From Amphiscolops sp. MND2022 (Eukaryota), in contig OZ076416.1 in the NCBI GenBank assembly GCA_964187785.1, positions 34,596,001-34,660,000 on the forward strand: a DNA stretch of 64,000 nt. Direction: 5' to 3'. The notes below the pieces were generated by a model. It made no database searches. It was not told the origin of the DNA and saw only the letters and a list, made by a program, of their open reading frames with translations. Below, one piece after another: positions 60,230 through 64,000 of the stretch (the first letter of the stretch is position 1; every line of letters starts with the position of its first letter). Made by a program: the position numbers and the translations under genes.

Positions 60230-60684
60230 TAATGTACAAGGCTAAAAAGTAGCAAATGCCCCTGTTGGGGTTTTCGAAAGATTTTTAACTTTTACCTCTG
60301 ACTTTTTTTGTTGTATTCACTTTTTAAAACCTTGAGCAGCAGAAAAACTTTATAGAAGCAATTCTTTGCGTTTTTTGAGCCTTTAGGAAGGCGCTGACTG
60401 GGACCTTTCTAGGTTTTCTGTTACGATTTTTCGTATCGTCCTTGAGAAAACATACTAAATCGATATTTCATCCGAAACATTGAAGATACTGACTTCCAAC
60501 ATATGTCATCCTGGTTCCAAATCACTCATTCTCATCACCAGATCAAATGGAGTGATTTTCAACCAATCTATCATCTGACAAAGATTGGCAAAAAACGTCA
60601 CGAAAACTAAGATTTCTGTTTATCCTAATAACGCGAAAATTGTTATAATTGCTGCAGTAGTTAGTATCAATGTCGCCGAGTAAC

Positions 60685-60889
60685 CTTTTCTTCGGAATGA
60701 TGGGTATGATATCATTCTGTTTGGACCTTTGCATCGGGTGTAGATCATGTCCATCTCAGCCCCGTCCAGCCGTCCTCTGCGGAAAAGTCTGGCGTCATTG
60801 ACCATCTTCTTGAAGTTGCGAGACTCCAAATTCTTCTTGCCTCTGTTTCCACCCCCGAAGTTGCAGTAGATGCGGAACGCTTTTCTCAC
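60685..60889 (-). CDS. TPPP: Tubulin polymerization promoting protein (p25alpha), first visible coding exon
   Basis: TTTTAG|VRKAFRIYCNFGGGNRGKKNLESRNFKKMVNDARLFRRGRLDGAEMDMIYTRCKGPNRMISYPSFRRK G|GT. Phase 0 to 1; matches the p25alpha N-terminal helices. The ATG exon lies upstream and was not identified. Confidence 0.9.
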
Positions 60890-63390
60890 CTAAAACCAGA
60901 CTACTCCATGGTAGCTATTTTCGTACACGAAAAACGTCTAGAATAGAAACAATCACTGCAAAACTCAAATCCGAACCAGGGCGGCGTTTGCGGATTTAAA
61001 TATTGAAAAACAATTTTCCTACTTTTTTTCTAGAATTGGTCATTTTTGGACAAAATTGTGCTATGTTTCTCAGATCCCAGTCATACGATTTTGATGACGT
61101 GGGAAAAAAGGTTGCATAAGTAGTCGACAATTTTTTTTCGACTCCTAAAAATGAAAAAGATGCGTAGAGTTAAAGTACCGCATGCTATGATATCGCTTTC
61201 TTCACTTCAGCGCATTGAAATATTTTTCGGTCATCAAAAGTAACGAATTTTTATATTTTTTTTGCATCTTCCCATTTCCTTGTTTGATAGATAAAGTTCA
61301 AGGAAGCGGAAAAAGGTAACATCCGGTTAATTCCATCCCATTCCGGAAACTAATGTTTGTAACCTATATCGAGAGCAACACATCTTCAGCAACCATTGAA
61401 AAATAGAGGCATTTGATCCTCTTGGGTTGTCACAGCCCGCTCCCGGTCTGGCTTGTGGTTGCAGACGACTGAAGATCGGGAGAGGTCACGGAGGCAATCT
61501 GAGATTCCCCAGATCTTACTTCAACTGGTAACTTTAAAACCTTATCCTTAGAATAAACTGTGACTAAGAATACGAAAACAAACGTCCAACTCACGAAAAG
61601 TTTAAACAAAAATGAGAACTGAAATTAAAATTGAAATAAGATGATTTCACGCACATCCGGTAGGACGTCCTTAGTGCGTCAAAATAGAAACATTCGCCAC
61701 CTGAAAACTAAATTAAAACTCGCAGTGAAATAAAGACCATAGACCGATCTAAATAGAAATATACCCAAAACCACCGTTGAAAAAAGGACATTATCTGAAT
61801 CTAAAATAGAAACTACATTGAGATGACACACTGAGATATTCACTCCTTTTCTAAGAAAGGCAGCTTAATTGCACTTTGAACAGCAATTAGTGCGGATTAG
61901 GACGTCGGTACTGCGCTAAGTAAACAAAATAAAGGATACATGTATATTAGATGTCGGTAAGAAGCAGACTTGAAAGTATATAGCGTGACGTCACCGTTTC
62001 GTCCACGCTCACTAGAAAACCATTCCAATTTACCGCCTATATAAGAGACACTACTTGAAATCATTCCAATTTTCCGCCATAGTGACGTCACGGTATTGCC
62101 TTCTCGGCAAGGACTAATTCTACTTCAAATTTACGTCCGCGTTACGTCCACTATGTTGGACCAGGCCTAATACTAATACGTACGTCCACGGTACGTCCAA
62201 ATTCCATCGAGACGAGTTGTCTTAATCCATCCAGAAGTTATGATGAATATCAATCAAATTAAATTAGTGTTAGGATTGCGTTTAAAGTATTTGGTGTTTC
62301 AACAAAATAATTAAAAGGGAATTTGAAGTCCTACGCCACGTTTTCGTCAAATGTTTCCTTTGCCGGATAAATTTTGCTCCAAAATTTAAGTTGAAATGGA
62401 AGTCCCAGTATAATGTAGGTGAAAGTCACAGTTTATGGGCATGACGAAAGTAAATCGATGATATTTTCATATTGGAAATATATTTTCATACGTTTGTACT
62501 TTTGTACTACATAAAGTGCGTGCTATAACCTTGTTGTTTAATTGGACGTCGGTACGTCGTCACCCCCTAATCAGAATGTGCATTATTTTAACCCTAATGC
62601 GCATGAATTAAGAGTAAATGTTTGTATTACATTTGTGCGTTCTGTAATGAATGGAATCTGGTGTTAGAAGGTTTTGAACTCTCACTTGTTCAGAGATTCC
62701 ATGAAGTGCCGTCCTCATGCCGTCAAATGTTTTTGTTCAAGATTACTATTTCATGTACAAGTTAAAATCTGTTGACAGAGTATTATGCATATTTACCAAA
62801 TAAGCGCTAAAATGATATTAGACGCTATTTGTAAGTGAAGTATTAATAAATTTGGACAAAAGTCTGAATTAGACAACCTAGTCCATCAATCCACCAAACG
62901 TCAATGTGTCGTTGCTTCATTTTGTTAATCGTTAATCATTTAATTTGAAACTAATTTGAGATTGTTGCTAATTCTTTGAGCTTGTTTCTCCTTCCTCCTT
63001 AGCATCATTGGAAATTATAGGGCTGAAAACATTAGTCATAGCATTTTTCTCGAGCAAAATATCAAAATTCAGGCATTAGTTGTTCATGCCGGCGTCATCT
63101 CAGCGTCAATTTCCCGCGAACCAAAGCAGTAAAACAGGGAATCATTTCCGGTTTGACAGACTGAAGTAATATCTACTTCCTGCTTGGGAGGAAACAAAAG
63201 GACGCCGAGCTGAAATAATATGATTACGGTTGATGACTAATGCTAGATTAGGTTTGCCGTGTCTTAAAATTTGACGGAATGTCAGCGCAAATTTGGGAAC
63301 TTCGTGATTTTTTCATCGATAAAACAGGAAATGACTAATTGTTCGAAGGAAATTAGGGATTATGATCGTGATCAAATGATGCTGGGAGGG

Positions 63391-63398
63391 TATAAATA
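63391..63398 (+). promoter_or_regulatory. Candidate TATA box upstream of the terminal ORF
   Basis: GGG-TATAAATA ~150 bp upstream of the ATG at 63542. Confidence 0.4.
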
Positions 63399-63541
63399 TG
63401 ATAGGATTTGATGATTGAGGGACTCAGTCCTTAGTAATTGTACAATTCAGTTGAATTTTCAATTTCACTCTCACCTTATTCTACTTTGTCAGAAAATCTT
63501 TGAAAGAAATTCAATTCTTCAAGTTCAAACTTTTCTACAAA

Positions 63542-64000
63542 ATGTCTACAACAAGAAGCCAAAAAAGAAGAAATGATCAGCAAAGCACCAGTGAGAACGT
63601 AAGTGAAGGCTTGATTTCACCTATAGTAGTAGGTAATCCTTGTCCTTTGAATCAGGACGATGAGGTAGCGGGGCCTTCCAATCCAAAATCCCCCCGGATT
63701 GAGAATAGTCTCTTAGAAAGTTTGAGAGCCTCTTTGAAGGAGGAAATAACATCGGAAATTAAGAATCTTCTTATCGAATCCCAGAAGGAGATGTTAAAAC
63801 TCTTGAAACCTGAAACAAGGGGAATCATTAGGGAAAATACCGAGGAGGAAGTAGAAGAGGAGACTAGAAACTTTTATACCCCTACAAAATCAGTAAGGAT
63901 AAGCTCAACTCAAAACGACTCGATAACATGTCGTAACATGGTGACAGGAGTCCTAACCGATTCCACAAACCAGCCGAAAAGAACGAAAGCCAGGTCTCAG
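63542..64000 (+). CDS. Uninterrupted ORF (153 codons, runs off the window), probably ORF1/gag-like N-terminus of a young retroelement
   Basis: CAAAATG start; MSTTRSQKRR...LLESLRASLKEEITSEIKNLLIESQKEMLKLL (coiled-coil-like)...; no stop to the window end. The retroelement call is inference only. Confidence 0.6.
   Translation, partial: MSTTRSQKRRNDQQSTSENVSEGLISPIVVGNPCPLNQDDEVAGPSNPKSPRIENSLLESLRASLKEEITSEIKNLLIESQKEMLKLLKPETRGIIRENTEEEVEEETRNFYTPTKSVRISSTQNDSITCRNMVTGVLTDSTNQPKRTKARSQ

Noticed and set aside
61380-61560. Candidate first (ATG) exon of TPPP
   Set aside because: No ATG there reaches a phase-0 donor without a stop.

Overview
AT-rich, repeat-dense eukaryotic (most likely invertebrate animal) genomic DNA. 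It contains one apparently intact host gene: a four-exon, Arg-rich TPPP/p25alpha on the minus strand at 57.5-60.9 kb, which the ORF track does not assemble. Everything else is decayed mobile or repetitive DNA. The main discovery is a spliced gene family present as three divergent, decayed copies (A 8.4-15.3 kb, B 27.3-31.7 kb, C 33.9-36.6 kb). Its architecture is basic repeats - Suv4-20/KMT5B-like SET domain with post-SET CxCxxC - C2H2 and second Zn finger - core-binding-like region - tyrosine recombinase catalytic domain - Myb/SANT-like tail, with two introns at conserved positions. No reverse transcriptase is associated, so it looks like a DNA element whose recombinase is fused to an H4K20-methyltransferase-like domain. 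Also present: a 1.5-kb tandem array whose unit hides a frameshifted SGNH-hydrolase-like gene (1-8.4 kb), a decayed BEL/Pao LTR element with one LTR interrupting copy A, a decayed Helitron with duplicated 5' part and AP-1-motif-rich satellite (45-54.5 kb), three MITEs, tRNA-derived intronic sequences, and an intact ORF running off the right end. Protein family calls come from manual translation and remembered consensus motifs; no database searches were run.
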